Below, one piece after another: positions 24,342 through 38,865 of a stretch of 64,000 nucleotides of DNA; position 1 is the first letter of the stretch, and each line of letters starts with the position of its first letter. The notes under the pieces are model-generated. The model was not told the origin of the DNA. It did no database searches and was given only the letters and a program-made list of their open reading frames with translations. The position numbers were made by a program, and so were the translations under genes. This DNA is from Hydrolagus affinis (lineage: Eukaryota): the NCBI GenBank assembly GCA_012026655.1, contig JAAILG010000595.1, positions 1-64,000 on the forward strand, read 5' to 3'.

Positions 24342-24739
24342 CAGGTAGACCCCACTTAACGACGTAGTTTGGTTGTTGAAAAGTGTGACTTTAAGCGAAT
24401 CGACGTTACGCAAATATGTTTTTCCCACAAGAATGAATGTAAAAACTGGAGTTAGGTTCTTTGGTACATTTTTCGTCAAAATTTTCTTTAAAAAAAACAT
24501 AAAACTCGCTCCCTGACTGCCTGCCCAACTCACTCACTCGCTGCCGACTGTCTCTCTGTCTCTCGCTGCCGGCCTGGCTCACTCCCAGGTCCTAGCGCCA
24601 TCGTGCCCCCTTTCCACCCGCTGGTAAACGACCTAATAGCGAACATCGCAATGTTAAATGAATATATGTTCCCAAAGTATCAGCAACGTAATAACGAAAA
24701 AAAAAGTTAACCGAGACGATGTTAAACGGGTTCTACCTG
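24342..24739. mobile_element. Tigger-like MITE
   Basis: TA-CAGGTAGACCCCACTTAACGAC... / ...GATGTTAAACGGGTTCTACCTG-TA; inserted at the tail of an older SINE fragment. Confidence 0.82.
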
Positions 24740-25712
24740 TACTGCAAAGCAAATTGACTATAAAATGTACCAAATGCGGGTCATTGACACACACATACGC
24801 ATTGAAGCAGCCATATGCGGGAAAAGGAAAGGAGCTAAATTTGAAACGCTGGAAAGACAACAAGCATCTTTACACAGTATAAACCCCATAATGAGCCATG
24901 TACAAATTGTACGCTAAGTTCTATTTTTGAGATATGGTTTTTAACCAGGAAATTGCGTTGGGACGGAATCCAAGCCATTCAAGCTTCTTGGGAAGCATTT
25001 TTACGATTGACACTGCCAACTATCCTAAGTAGATTAAGAAATATGGAAACGACCCTTCAAGCCACAATTAAGAGCAAAATGTACATTCGAGGAATTTTTT
25101 TTTCCCCAAAGCTCTTAACGTGAAATGCTTCAGTCTACACTGCTACATTGTTCTGTCCAACCAGCAGTGATTGCGATCGCTGACCCCAAACAAATAATGT
25201 TGTAGGTTTGATTGAGAAACTAAACATTTATTTTTTCGATCGCTTTGTAAGTACTGTGTAATGAAAATGCTACAAAGCTTTGAAATGTCTTCCATCTGCT
25301 CATGATCAACAAGGCTATATAAAAAAAAGGTGGACATCGAATGACAAAGCATCCTCATTCAAGACGTTGTCCTGCGTGGAAGAGATCTTTATCAATGCGA
25401 GGTGGTGCTACGTATTGATGTGGTGCAGAAACAGAGCATTGCGTCCGATGAGTTCATGCCACTGTCCCTGAATACCGCGACCTAACAGATAGCTATCTGC
25501 CTGGGTCCTGAAGATAATAATAATCCTTGCCTTTGATATAGCGCTTTTCACATTTTCTAGATGTCTCAAAGCGTTTCACAGAATATACCGTAAAGTGAAT
25601 TGACTGTACGGTTTTTGTGGGTGAAATCCGGCGTCCACAGCCTTTTTGGGGGAAGAGGGAGAGCTCCAGGTTTCCGGAATCCAATCGCCTTTTAAAGAAC
25701 AAAAGCACTCAC

Positions 25713-25798
25713 CTCGATGGGCTTCTTGTTTTGCTCAGAGCTTTGCTAATGGCCATTGTAGGTGCTGAACGTCTCCTCTGTATTGCAGGCTTCATCCT
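25713..25798 (-). CDS. ARHGAP20: ARHGAP20 exon 2
   Basis: 86 bp; RMKPAIQRRRSAPTMAISKALSKTRSPS(R), matching the ARHGAP20 N-terminal MK...RRxSAP...KAL motif; donor AG|GTGAGT. Confidence 0.9.
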
Positions 25799-27353
25799 CT
25801 GTGTGAGATAAGAACACGCGTTTAGTTTTCTCATCGTCGCCTCTTAAAACTTTGACTTTTCTGACTGAGCTCGCAGCAGCGAGTGGCTGAGCTCAATCCC
25901 ACTCCCAACTTAACGCTACTGGCAAACTGCCGCTCGCGAACATTTCTAGGAATACTTCTATTTTCCAGTCCAAATATACCTACGTTTTCAGGGCGATCAT
26001 AAAATAAATTTACGACCGCCATTGCACATTATCTCTGTATATAGTAGAAATGCTTCACACTGTAACAGGAATGTTATTTACCAAGCAGCTAACTCCCATT
26101 TTTAAATTGACCACTGCCAGTGGCTGTTATTTATGAGTGTTTTGCAGGTGTGCGCTCGTGTTTCTCTGGTGGTGATCTTTATGACCTATGCCTTGCACAA
26201 GGAACCAGAATTATCGCAGAGGTTCGTTCCGTACAAACCGTTCAGTCGGTGCTAACAACTGGACAATGGCCTCAGCAGTTCTCCGTAATGTTTTAGTTTA
26301 GTCTAGATCTTGCCCCCATAGTGTGAGTTGACACCGATTCAAAGACATAAAGAGCAAATCGACGGCTGGCTGGCTTAAGGGTCTCCACTTCATAAGTTTA
26401 GGAGCGCTATTCACAACAGTTACAGTGGCGAAAGGTGCATGAAATATTCTATTAACTGCTTTCAAGTATGTCCAGTAAATTACACACAGCATTAAATTAC
26501 AACTGCTACTTCATATAAGTCTGACTATCCAAATTATGATTCTTTTATGAATGTTGAACACCAGATGCTGGTGTTGATACATTACATTCCCCTCTAAAGT
26601 ATAAAGAATTTGCAATAATTTATGATCTGAGCTATACACTTCTGATAAAAAACACACGTACAAGTGTCCTGCAGTGCAAACATTCAGTTATTAATATCAA
26701 TTTAGCCTCCCTTACATTGATGATAATAAAATAGTTTCGATGGTGGATTAAGAAGCATGTCTTCTCCTCAGCTAATTAACCGATACAAAGCCTTAATATT
26801 GCTTTGAAAAGTGGTAAGACTTTTAAAGTAAAGGCTTGCCTGAAGTAATGGGAGAGAAAATGTGGCTGAAACAACTCCAGTGCACATATGTATATGCGTA
26901 CGTTACTTAAATGGAATTCCTACCACAAGTCCCATTGTTCTGTCCACCAGCAGTGATTTCCTCTGAAATGCCTCAGTTCCTTATGTGGGTGTTCTAGGAC
27001 ACTATGGATCTTTAACCTGAGAACAGCTGATTCTGAAACCCCACAGAAGATAGCTCACTAAACAAGCATTCCTTTGGCAACTGCACAGTGCCACTATTGT
27101 ACACACTTTTTTCTCCTACACAAAGATCCCCATTTCTTTTTCATGCTATCTGCGCCCCGCAAACAGAAATCACATGGGAGATGTGCTGGATGTAATATTT
27201 GTGCATCAAGTCCCTGATAAAAACATCTCTGTGTTTACATTACTGAAGTGGGATGGACTATAATCACTTAACAACTACCTCACACTGGCTAGTCCAGTGG
27301 TCCAAATGGCACTGTTTAATTAAGAGAGATTTGAGCTGTGAGATAGTATGGAG

Positions 27354-27666
27354 ATAATAATAATAATCCTTGCATTTGATATAATGCTTTTCACATCTTC
27401 TAGACGTCTCAAAGCGCTTCACAGAATATACTATAAAGTGAATTGACTGTATATTTGTGGGCAGCCAATTGCACACAGCAGTGTCCCACAAACAGTCGTG
27501 GATTGAAATGGCCAATTTTATTATTGTAGGTTTTTTGGGGGATGGATTATTATTAGGCGTGTGGAGTAAGGAAACTTGCCCAAGGTTTCGCCCTGACCTG
27601 CCTGGATTCGAACACAGGTCTCACGTTTGCAAGGCAAGTGCTCTACCCACTGAATTACAGGACTCC
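27354..27666 (-). mobile_element. Young tRNA-derived SINE, full length (subtype A)
   Basis: Close to the copies at 54417 and 63334; intact B box. Confidence 0.9.
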
Positions 27667-30600
27667 ACAGAATGGTTCTGCATCTGTGGTTACTTCACCA
27701 TCTGTGCCTGCAGATTCTTCAGAGCTTGGATCTGGTCTAGGTTCCTATTGGCTGAGTCTTGATAACATATTCATATACGTGATGTAAAAACAAGGCAATA
27801 ATCAAGATGTACAATAGGTATCTTCTTTGCCTCGTTAATTGACTAGTATTAGGAGCTGCTACACTTTTAGGTTCTGGTGCAACTAAGCAACAATTTTGTG
27901 TGGTGGAACTCTCTTACGATCCAATATTATTTGCCAGAGAAACAAACAATCAATTTGAAGTGGGAAGCCTTATAAAAACTTGTGTAAAAAGAACCCAGTA
28001 AACAAACAGTACATTAGTTGTGTTTACATGAAGGTGCCAGAGACCAACTGGTTTGTTGCCTAATTTTCCAGGAGCTTCGCCTTCATGACGCAGTGTTTGT
28101 CAAAACCTCCAAGATCTCAGATGGAGAAGGCTGAGGGCCGGGAATCTTTTTTATGTCAGCATGACCTAGGAACATAGGAGCAGGAGTAGGCCATTCAACC
28201 CTTCGAGATGGTTCCACCATTCTATTAGACCTTGGCTGAACTATACTTTGATCATGGCTGATCTATACAATCTACATAATTTGTGCCATTTGCATCACAC
28301 CCAAAGGAAAAATACTTTGCAGAAACTCATCTCGTGAAGACGCAAACCTTTAACTGTTGGAATTTGGGATGTGGCAATATGGGTAGAATAACTCGATAAT
28401 CTTTGAGTTTAATATAGCGCCTTTCATGTCAGCGGAACGTCTCAAAGCGCTTCATAGCATTTACTGTCGGATATCGCAACTGAGAATTTGAAGGCAAAAG
28501 CGGAAGACAATTTGCACACTGATTTGCTTAATGCATTCAATGATGTTGTTGTTGTTCTCAGTATTTAGCAGAGTTAGCTGGAACTCCACACTTTTAGAAC
28601 CACACCTCAACAAGGAGTTAATGTCATCAGCAGGAAAGGAGAGGATCGGGAAATTTCTTGAGGAAGAATGTCAGCAAAGTTGTCATCTGTTCATTTGATA
28701 GCCCTGCTGTGACTGTGTTGGGTTCCTTATTCAGAACAAAGCGACACATTGAGAATCTAATGTTTGCACAGCAAGTCGATACATATTGTGAAACTCCAAA
28801 TTTCACCATTATCTCAGTATCAGTCACCAATTAACGACAACTAAAAAAATGTATGACAAGTTGAATGGCACTGAGTAAATCAGTGAGCCATGAGCTGGCT
28901 AGTTTGTGTTGACAATCCATTCCAGTTCAACAATCACGACAACAGTTAACAATATAGGTAGCTTTGGCTTCCTTTTACAGAAATCTACAGAAAGATCAGC
29001 ATTAAATATCACAACGCACATTGCTATCCATGTTTACCATCCATTAACAACCCCCAAAAATATAACACAAAGCCCTTTAAAGTTTTTTAAGGCAGTAAGA
29101 ATACATATAAAACATCAGGGGAATGGATGGGCATTTATTCCAATTCTGTAACCACCTCACAACCATTGCAGTCCTTGGAGTAGGAACATGGAAATATTCC
29201 AATACACTGGGCAGTGGGTTCAAGTCAAATGTCAATCCCTCACTCATCGTAATATCAGCTCCACTACAACCTTTATACACTGTAAACAACCATATTTATT
29301 AACCATTGTCCACATGAATAATGGAAAGTCTTCAACCAATTCCAATGGAAAAGGATTGATGTCTCTGGCTTGCCTTCAGCAAGCCAATTCCCAGAGGTTC
29401 TGCCCATCCCAAGCCAAACTCAACAACCAAAAACAATGCAGCATATACGCTAATTTAAGTGGTCATGTAGGGAATTTGCACATTTTGGCGGATGTTTTAA
29501 GCTAACCTAACATTTTCTTCCAAAGCATCTTATAGGAAGTGGTGTCAGCCCTTGGATGTTCTGAGCTGCCCCTATATTTTTGAAGCCATGAGGATCATTT
29601 GTTACACACATAAGCAAGAGTAAATTCGATGCCAATCATGAATATCACTAAAGAGACTAGACGGAAGTTCTTAATAATGAGAAGAAACAAACCTTTCTTT
29701 TCAAACTGTGTTTCACAAAAGGTGGATGTAACATTAAATATTTATGGCAGAACTCATCTACAACATGAAGTGCCCATGCCAACAGGCAGTAAATATTTCA
29801 GAGAGATTAATGAAGGTTTCACAAGTCATTACAATCATCATAAATCATTGCAGGGCATAAATATTAAATAGCTCGCAGTAGATCTAAAAGCGAGTTCAAG
29901 TCAAACGTTTTGAAGGGTGAGAGTGTGGATCTCCACTGCCAGAAGCTGTAGTAAGAGTAAAAGGCATGAAAATCTTAACACGGCACTGAAAAAAAGCAGC
30001 GTTGATTGAGAGGTACAACAGAGGTGCAATCGGGTGACCATCCCAATTCAACATCCACCCGTTACTTTTGTAGTTCATAAGTCTTAAAAGGCTCCACATC
30101 GCGCTTTTAACAAGAAAGCTTTAAACCATTTTGAATCAACATTTAGCAGTGACCTGAGATCAATACTGGATCCAATGTGCCTGTGTTTCATGCCACCTCT
30201 ACTTTAACAACCTAGTTACGTTTGTCATGGAATTATTATTGAGGCAACGCTTCAATTAGCTAAATGTCTCTTTCTGTCCATAGAACGTTGACGCACTAGC
30301 AAGTAGTTTCCACAAACCCTTCCAGAAATCACCCCAATTTGCACTTAAATCTTGGAATGTTTTCCCACAAGGAATTCTACCATCAGTGGAGTCTTGGAGC
30401 CCCTGGTTGGAAAAATTCCCTTCTTTTCCTCCCTCTCCAGGTTCTTTACACTACGATGCTGGCCAAATCAGAGCAAGGGAGTCTCAATAATGTTTTATTT
30501 CTGCTGGCACAGAGCATACAGTTGCTACAAGGCACGGCCCCTTTCTGCATCTGGTGTGCATTAAATGTGCTCCATTAGTTCTTCTTTGTGCCTCATATCC

Positions 30601-31096
30601 GTCACGTCAGTGTCATAATTCTTCAGTCTTGTTAAACAAAAAGTCCATCAGCGAGCTGGAGGACGGGGATTTATCTGCCACAACCTACAGCATCTTCATT
30701 TTGATAGCATTTAGCTATTGTGTTGGAATGCTGTCCAAGCCAAACACATCAGTCTCAAAGCCAAATGCCCCTGACTGAATCGTTTGCAATATCTCTCTTC
30801 AATCTCAAGCAGTTTTGCGAGTTGATACTTGAAACATTTACAATCCCAAAGCACCTTAGAGTAATGGCACGAGCATAAGGTCTGTAATACAGTCACCTTT
30901 ATCCCCCTAACTCCCCCTGGCTCGGCCTCGGGCTCCGCTATCGTGAAGCGTTCAGACGCTGTCTGGCGTGGAGGGCGCTATAATAAATCCAAGTTGTTGT
31001 TGTTATTGTTGTAATGGGTACCCCAATTGGGTCACTTTTTACACAAGCTTCATAAGCTTTGACCCCAAAATACATTTTGTTTCTATTTATCACACT

Positions 31097-31345
31097 GTCG
31101 TGGCTCAGTCGGTCTCACTCTCGCATATGGGACAGAAGGCTGTGAGCCAAGTCTCCCATTGGGACATGAGATCAGACTCCAGCGAAGGGGCTGCGTTGTT
31201 GCAGGTGCTGCCTTTTGGATGCCATATGAAACTCAAGTCCCGTCTGCCTGTCCACCCGGACGTTAAAAGATCCCCAAACAGCTCTGAAACAATGAGAAGG
31301 AAGTTCCTGCCAGTATCACAGTCAACAATTCCCACTCAAATTCCT
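31097..31345 (+). mobile_element. Ancient Deu-domain SINE (head + core)
   Basis: GTGGCTCAGTCGG head, GCAGGTGCTGCCTTTTGGATG and GACGTTAAAAGATCCC core. Related fragments at about 21825-22017(-), 35820-36035(+) and 49625-49890(+). Confidence 0.6.
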
Positions 31346-32934
31346 TAATGAAGTAATCCCATCCCAAATCACTGCCTTTGACCTTTGAGCTGAAAGGGAT
31401 GAAAATGTGGTTCTGTTTGTCACCGACGCGAAGGTCGCAAGTTCAAGCCCTCTCATCACCTGAGGTATTCAAACCAATTTTGGCCAAGATAAGTTTGCTA
31501 AAGATTGAACCTTTCAAGGAGTATAAAGGGCCACTGCAAAAATATGGCAGCTCCCAAGTGCAGATGGGGGAACTGAGTAATACCCTAGTAACAGGGGTCA
31601 ATCTGTGTGTGTCTGTTTTGAAATTACATAAATAAAACATCTAAAAGGAATGCTGACATAAGATAGGAAACTGGAGACTCAAAAAATACTGGAGGGTTCA
31701 AGAGGTTCTGAAACATGCATGGCATTTTGAGGAGGAAGGAACAGATGTTTGAAAGCTTGCCCTTGAGAGCTAAGCAGAGGCTTTTGTGAATGATCAAAAA
31801 AAAAACAATGAAAATCAGTGCGGGAATATTTGTGGGTCATGAGCAGCTTGTCTTTGTAATCTGAAATACCCCCACCACCACCCACCACCAGCGCACATTC
31901 AGGAGTAAGTAGATCAGTCAAGTGGCACTTGGTAGCGTTTACCAGCAAAACTATCTTGGAAAGAGAATGGGCACTTCAAAACTGTATTTTTTTGTTAAAA
32001 AAATCTGGCAGTATTCACATTGCTGCCAGACTTTTCTGGCATCTGCCATGTGTGACTTTCTGATCTCGCTTCGGGAAAGAGTTCCGAAATCCGCGGGGCC
32101 TAACGTGGATCAGTTGTGAGTCAACCGCGATGCTCCGAGGATATAACGGGATTGGCATTTCACTTTACGTATGGAATTGAATGGATTGAACTGAACGTCA
32201 AACTACACATCAGTGTTATTGTTTTCCGGGGCGTGGCGGGCGAGGGGGCAACTTAGCTCCAATCTCTTCGGTTCCGTGTTGCAACCGAGTGAGGGAAATG
32301 GCCGACGCCAATGGGTTCTGCTATACTGGGAACAGAAGAGGAGCTCCTTGTCATTTTGCCTTTGGTAAATCTTCTTTCAAGTGTGTTCCTGTGCATTTGT
32401 AGCTCGCAGTTTTAAATTTAGAAAAGTTCCAAGGATTGAACTATCAAATTTGCTGCCCCCAACAAGGATGTTTTACTGCGTAAGAAAGCATAGTGTGGTG
32501 ACCGGGTATTTTTAGCAGACAAACCTTGGCAATTCTTGCGAGGTGCACTGTTGGGCGAGAAATTCCATCGAGTCGTGATTTACTCTGTTTAGAGATCATT
32601 ACAGAGCGTTCAGGATTATTTGGCAAATTGACGAATTCAGTCTTAACTTTGATGTCAGTTTTCTCAAGTTCTTGAAAGAACCTTACAGAAAACTGTAAGC
32701 GTCAAAATGTAAGAACCTGCCAAATCCTGAATACTTTGAAACGATCTGTAAACAGAGTAAATCTAGATTCAGGAGAAATTTGCCTACGGCTTTCATGCAC
32801 CTAAAAGAACCATCATTGTTCATATTCACGCACAAATACACAATCATTTACACCTTACAGTAAATCCTGTGAAGACCTTCGAGAGGTCCTCCCGAGGTAA
32901 AAGCCTTTGTATCAAATGAAGAAGGTTATCCTAT

Positions 32935-33235
32935 CACTGAACAGATCGACTTCAAGGTCCTCACACTTGTGTTCCAATCCCTTCACTCTCTGGCACCCCA
33001 CTAACTCTCCGACCTCTTCACTCCCCAATCTATCATCTGGTCGCCTCCGCTTCACTGGCACTCTCGCTCGTCCTTTGTACCCTACGCTACCACCATCGGG
33101 GGTCGCGCTTTCAGCCACTGCGCCCCAAAACTCTGGAACACTCACTGTCAATCCCTCCTCTTTGTCCCCTCTCCCCTTTTTCAAGTCATGCCTGAAAACC
33201 TTCCTCTTCGACCAAGCTATGTAAGTGCAAGGTAT
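32935..33235 (+). mobile_element. L2-clade LINE ORF2 3' fragment
   Basis: Translates QIDFKVLTLVFQSLHSLAP...GGRAFS..APKLWN..., the typical L2 ORF2 C-terminus; frameshifted. Confidence 0.75.
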
Positions 33236-33429
33236 TGTTCTTGGTCTTATCCTTAGTATCTTCAGAATGAGCTTCCCTTTGCCTCACTGAATGTGCTTTA
33301 GGATTTAAGATGTTTCCTTCTGTCACAATCTGTGCTCTAACCTCTCAACCCAGACTAAGCTGAGAAAGATAACAACAATTTCCATTTACTGTATATAGAG
33401 CAACTTCATGCCAGACATCATCTTGGGAG

Positions 33430-33778
33430 TGTTTGTTTGATACAGCGCTCATCGCATCTTTGAGGCGTCTCAAAGCGCTTCACAAAATATACTGTAAAGT
33501 GAATTGACTTTATGTGCTGTGGATCAAACTGGCAGCCAATTGTGCCCAGTCATGGATTGAGTGACCAAATTATTATCTTTTTTTAAAGCGGATTCTTAGC
33601 CCCCAGAAAACCAATCTGCCAATCGACTCACAACCAAATTTCTACTTACTGCTAGGTGAACAGAGGCCTGCGGAGTAAGGAAACTTGCCCAACGTTTCAT
33701 CCTGCCCAAGGACTTGAACCCAAGTCTTCTCGCTTGCGAGGCGAGAGCTCCATAACCACTAAGCTACAGGAGACTCCA
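33430..33778 (-). mobile_element. tRNA-derived SINE, diverged full length
   Basis: Tail, body and head all recognisable; about 60-bp internal insertion. Confidence 0.75.
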
Positions 33779-34854
33779 CGTGCATATAGAAAAAATTCTC
33801 CTCTTGCCATGTCGTTGTGTCCTGCTTATTATTTCCAAATGGAAATGCACCTCTCACATTTCTATTTTAGGGCGTAATTAATTGTAGTTTGTTTCAGCTG
33901 TTTGTTTCAGAGGGATTTTGTTTTCAAAGATAACCATAGAAACAGAATGGACTGTTCTAAACACTGTGTACATAAACACAGCACTAACGGAACTGGCAGC
34001 ATCAAAACAGGGATAGAAGTTTCCATTGAGCGACCCAAGGGCTCACCATATGAATAATGATTATTGGACTGGGCTTGTCTGGACCTAGAGAGAGGAACGT
34101 GGCTGAGATGCTCAACGTGTGATGTTAATAATGAGCGTGGGTGGGAGCAAGAATCAGGCGCTGGGGTCAGAGTGAAGAACAAATGAAACACAGCGAGACA
34201 CAACTCTTAATGCTGCAGTAAATTCTGGCTTCATTTGGGAAAGTCACATGCCACTTGGAGTAGAGGTTACCAATGTCAATGGCAATGGGGAGTGGGAGTT
34301 GGGGGTTTCACCGAACCAAACGCGGAAGGAAGAAAGATGTTCTCTCGTCTGAAATAGCCGATTCCGAAAACATTTCAGTGTGTAAGTAGTGTAAGTGTAA
34401 GTGAGACCGCACCAGGTTTTTAAAACTGTGGAGCGATTGCTCGATAACACTCTCTGCGTCTTTTGTGCAATTCTCTCTTAGCTTTACACTTTACCAACCA
34501 CAGAAGACATACTGACATTGTAGTGAAGTCGCAGCCAAAGTGCTTGCTGGACGCTTACCCAGAACGTCCATCTGCATGTCCTTACGTTGCTTTGAACCCT
34601 TGGAACAGCTTAGATGCGCTGCAAGATAAACTTTTGGACGACTTCTGCTGGCCTCAAACCCAAAGGAAAGGAATGCAATTGCTGTTAGATGCTAAGAGAT
34701 AGCTCAGCAGCAGGAAGGCCTGTACTTAGGGGGCATTTTTGGGGGGAGAAAAAGGAGGCAACTTACAGATAAACAAAAATGCAAAGGGAAATAAACAATG
34801 CTGGTCGTCGCAAGTAAATCAAAGCCTGAACTACGTCATTGTTCTTCGATCATT

Positions 34855-35170
34855 TTCTAATTTTCTCCCCTTTTGAAGTATCTCCCCACCTCTGTTCGTG
34901 TTCTCCTAGCTCTTCGTGCTGGGATGGGGCCTCACATACCCCCACCACTGTTGCTCGGTAAACCTTGACAATAAGCATCAGCAGGTCACTCAACTGTGTG
35001 TGTGTGTTTGGGTGCAGGGGTGAATTACAGCCAAGCCTAACTTCTCCTCACCCAGCTGCCACACCAGGAAACTCACCACATAGCCCTGATTTGAGACTCA
35101 GCCTGTATTGGGATTTGAACCAACAAAGCTCTCAGTCCATACACTGCAGTTTTACCCACTATCTCATCGG
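34855..35170 (-). mobile_element. Old SINE-like repeat (possibly LF-SINE-related)
   Basis: Reverse complement has a tRNA-like GGTTCAAATCCC head and a GGGTGAGGAGAAGTTAGGCTTGGCTGT segment ending GGGGAGAAAATT; weak relative at about 46740-46930. Family assignment from memory only. Confidence 0.35.
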
Positions 35171-36894
35171 GGTTGTGCCCTGGAGTCATCATTCCTGATG
35201 GTTGACTGTATCCTCGGAGGTCCTCCTATGACCTCAGCGAGTGTCTCGCTTGTTAACTTCCTCTGAGTCGCTAGACGATAAAGCCTAATCAGCGCCGATG
35301 GATTCTGTGACGAGTTTATCGCGCACTCCCGAAGGTACCCTAATCTCGGTGGCTCCTCACTCCTGTGTGTCATTCTTTTTCCTTCCCTTCGGTGTCAGGA
35401 ATTCTAGAAAGTGAGTGATTCCATTCCTTCGGACCACACTGATCACATCCTGCCATTGTGCCTTAGCTCAAATCTTGCTCCAGAGACCCTCACGACTGTT
35501 CCTGGCACCAATCCTGGGATCATATCATCGCCATTCCTTGTCAGAGGGGGAAGAGGCCCCTTTGATGATGTAAGCCTGTTCTGCTGTTAGTCAATCAGTC
35601 ACATAGTTAGGTGCTGTTTTCGATCATGTCACAGCTTCAGTCCCCACTCATTCACCCCAAAACTCCTAACTTGGGTTACCTGTCTGGGGCAGGGTTTTGC
35701 TGGTCAAACGCTTGGAAGAATTTCGCGATTCTGCATCCAGAATGGAGTTCCCAAACGTGAGACGGGAATTCGAACCAGAGTTCGCTTGTTAAGGAATCCA
35801 TTAAGAAATACTGCAAATTAGATGAGACATTAAATCAAAATCCTGTCTGTCTGTCTGTCCAGGTGAACATTAACGATCCCATGGCACTATTTGAAAGGAG
35901 AAGTGGGGGTTTCTCCTGCTAAACCTTCTATCAATCTCCGCAAATACAAATAAAAAATTACTTCAGGTCTGCTTGTGAGACATTGTAAATTACCTGTCAA
36001 GTTCGTCACAAATACGCAGTCACTACACTTCACTATCCCAAGGGATTATATCGTAAAAATATAAGGAACTTGAGAAGAGCAAGAAATATATCGATCTACA
36101 GATTGATTGCGGACATACATATTAACTCTTATTATACGACTGTTCAAAAGACTATTCAGAAATCATTATTATTTTATGTTATAATCATGATTATTATTAT
36201 TACGGCGCTGACATTTAGAGTGTGTAATGAGTGACCTCTGGACACCACTGAATGTTTGTTGCCTGTACGGGGGGTGGGAATGGGGGAGGTGTTGGGGGGG
36301 GGGAGGGGTGGTGGTGGCAGGAGCCTATGCCTCTGTGGCCCTGGGAACATGTAGTATCTACATTTGTTTAGCCAGTCAGATAAAACCCTTGTGTGTGATT
36401 CTTGGAGACAAATCAAATTCCTGACGGATGTGTGTGATGAGTATTACTATTACTCATTCTCAAAGCTAATCTCTGGTTAAGCAAAGGTATTAACCTTATT
36501 GGTGAAACACTGAGCGACCATGAAAGGGGCAATTCTTCCCATATGCTTGGAGGAGACAAACCCCCTTGTCTAAGACCGTAATGAAAGATAAACCACTTTA
36601 CTGCACTTTTTAGTGCAGGAACACAGACTATAGTACTGTGAAATGGATCGACTGTGTTCTGGGATTGCAAATGCAGGATTCAATGTCCACGACTGTTTGT
36701 GCGACTCTGCTGTGTGCAATTGGCTTCCGCGTTTCGCCCACATATATACATATTTACTGTAAAATTCATTTTGCAATATATTCTGTGAAGCTATTTGGGA
36801 CATCTAGAAGACGTGATAAGGCACTATATCAAATGCAAAGATTATTATTAATATTATTATTCACAAAGCAAACTCCCCCCCAAATACCTATGAA

Positions 36895-37162
36895 GTGAAT
36901 GACCAATTTATCTGCGGGAGGATGTTAATGAGGACTGCCCTTTCTTCTTGAGTAGAGTCATAGGATCATTAATATCCACATGAACAGGTAGATGGGACAT
37001 TGATTTAACGTTGCATCCAAACGATGCACCTCTCATAATGCAAGTACTTCACTGGACCTTCATCCTAGACTGCGAGTTCAATGTCTCCGCAGAAGTGAGT
37101 CTTGAAATGACAGCCAACTGACCCAATGATGTAAGTACTACCAGCTGAGCCAGGCTGACACT
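36895..37162 (-). mobile_element. Ancient Deu-domain SINE (head + core)
   Basis: Reverse complement: AGTGTCAGCCTGGCTCAGCTGGTAGTAC head, GAGGTGCATCGTTTGGATGCAACGTTAAATC and ATTAATGATCCTATGAC core. Confidence 0.65.
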
Positions 37163-38821
37163 CAGCAGATAAACCATGAAGCAAGCCTGAAAACTCATCA
37201 AAGACAACCCTTCGAACCAGCTACAGGCCCAGCTATGGTTCTGAGGTTGAGTGGGGGATTGTTGACACCAGTTTTCACTTGCATTGTGAGAGATTTTTAA
37301 GTTGCAATGTTTTTTGCTTGACAGATTCAGCGGGTTCCAAATGGCAAATTAAATCCGTTAAGGAACAACGCGGGGAGTTTCACATCTACAGTTTGTGCCA
37401 TTTTGCAAATGAAACTGATTTTACAGCTTAGCCGCAAAGCAGATACAAGCCAATGAAAATTTAGTCAAAATTGTCAACTGACTATCAGTACTCAATAGTA
37501 CTTAACTAACATCACAGAATAAAGAACTAACATCACAATAATAATAATTATATAATAAGAATAAGAATAATAAGAATAAGGAACTAACATACAGAGACCA
37601 GTCTTGTAAATAAAAGTCTCTGCATTACCACAAACTTACCACAACGCAAACAATATCAGTTCAGAGTTCATTTATCGGTATCTTGAGCAATGATTTGCAA
37701 GGAGCAAAGATAAATATTTGACTGTAGTTTTCAGAGTTTGACCACACTTAATGGATCTTATGTTTGGAAATGTGAGAACATCCATCACAGAATCTCTGAG
37801 GTCCTCCCACAGAAACTGTCTATGTCATTGGGTTTACAGTAAGAACACCTTTTGTCAAGTAGTACGTTAAAAATCAACTGAGCTAAAGATAAACCAAGAT
37901 AAAAGAGAACACTTTGAGGTACCCGTTATTTTGCATAAATATCCATTCCAATGTAGCAACAATAGATGATACTAATAATAATCCTTGCATTTGATATAGC
38001 GCCTTATCACGTCGTTGAGAGATCTCAAAGCGGGTCACTGAATATACTGTAAAGTGAATTGACTGTATATTTTATGTATGAAATGCTTATATATATATAA
38101 TGTTGGAATACTTACATCCCAAAGTGCTGGACAGTCAAGGGTTTGTATCCGAGTTGGGGGGGGTGAGAATCCAGAAGGGTGGAGTCAAAGGTGGGGTGAG
38201 AGCGGGAGAATTATCAAAGGCACATCTTGTAGTGTGGAAGGGTTCAAGTCGACATGGAGCAAGCCGATGTCTGGGCGCTGGGCAACATTGCTAGCATTCT
38301 GCAGCGAATGCTAGCGATACATTTTTACATTGGTCAGAGCAGAGGCAGAAATGAAATTGCCTTTTCAGGCCCACACATGGGATCTTGCTGGGGCCACCTC
38401 TGGCTCTCAGCCCACTTAACACAGAACAAACAGAGAGAAGCATGTGTGGCCATCAATAAAATAATAATAATCATAATAATCCTTGCACTTGATACAGCGT
38501 CTTGTCAAGTCTTTGAGGACGTCTCAAAGTGCTTCACTGGACATACTGTAAATTGAATTGACTGTACATTTTGTGGGCAAAACACATAAGAGGTGCTCGG
38601 GGAGTTAGCGGGCGGGCGGGCTTCCTAGAACAGTTGGGAACACAATCAAGGACAGCCGTTAGTTTCAGATTCCTCCCCCCCCACCACGCTCCCACTTTGT
38701 TTTACTGAGAAAGTTACCACAGGAGCTGTTTGCTGCACCACAAACTTTTCTGACATAATTTGTTGGGCAGGAATATGTTCTGCTTTCAGTAAACTTGTTA
38801 AACTAGAGGATTTAAAAAAAT

Positions 38822-38827
<6 letters not shown>

Positions 38828-38853
<26 letters not shown>

Positions 38854-38865
38854 GCGCGCGTGCGC
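38828..38865. repeat. (CA)n(CG)n alternating purine-pyrimidine tract
   Basis: Direct read; Z-DNA-prone composition. Confidence 0.9.

Noticed and set aside
30300-30860. Possible very old reverse-transcriptase remnant on - (FKY-like and YADD-like traces)
   Set aside because: Too decayed to support from reading alone; needs a profile search.
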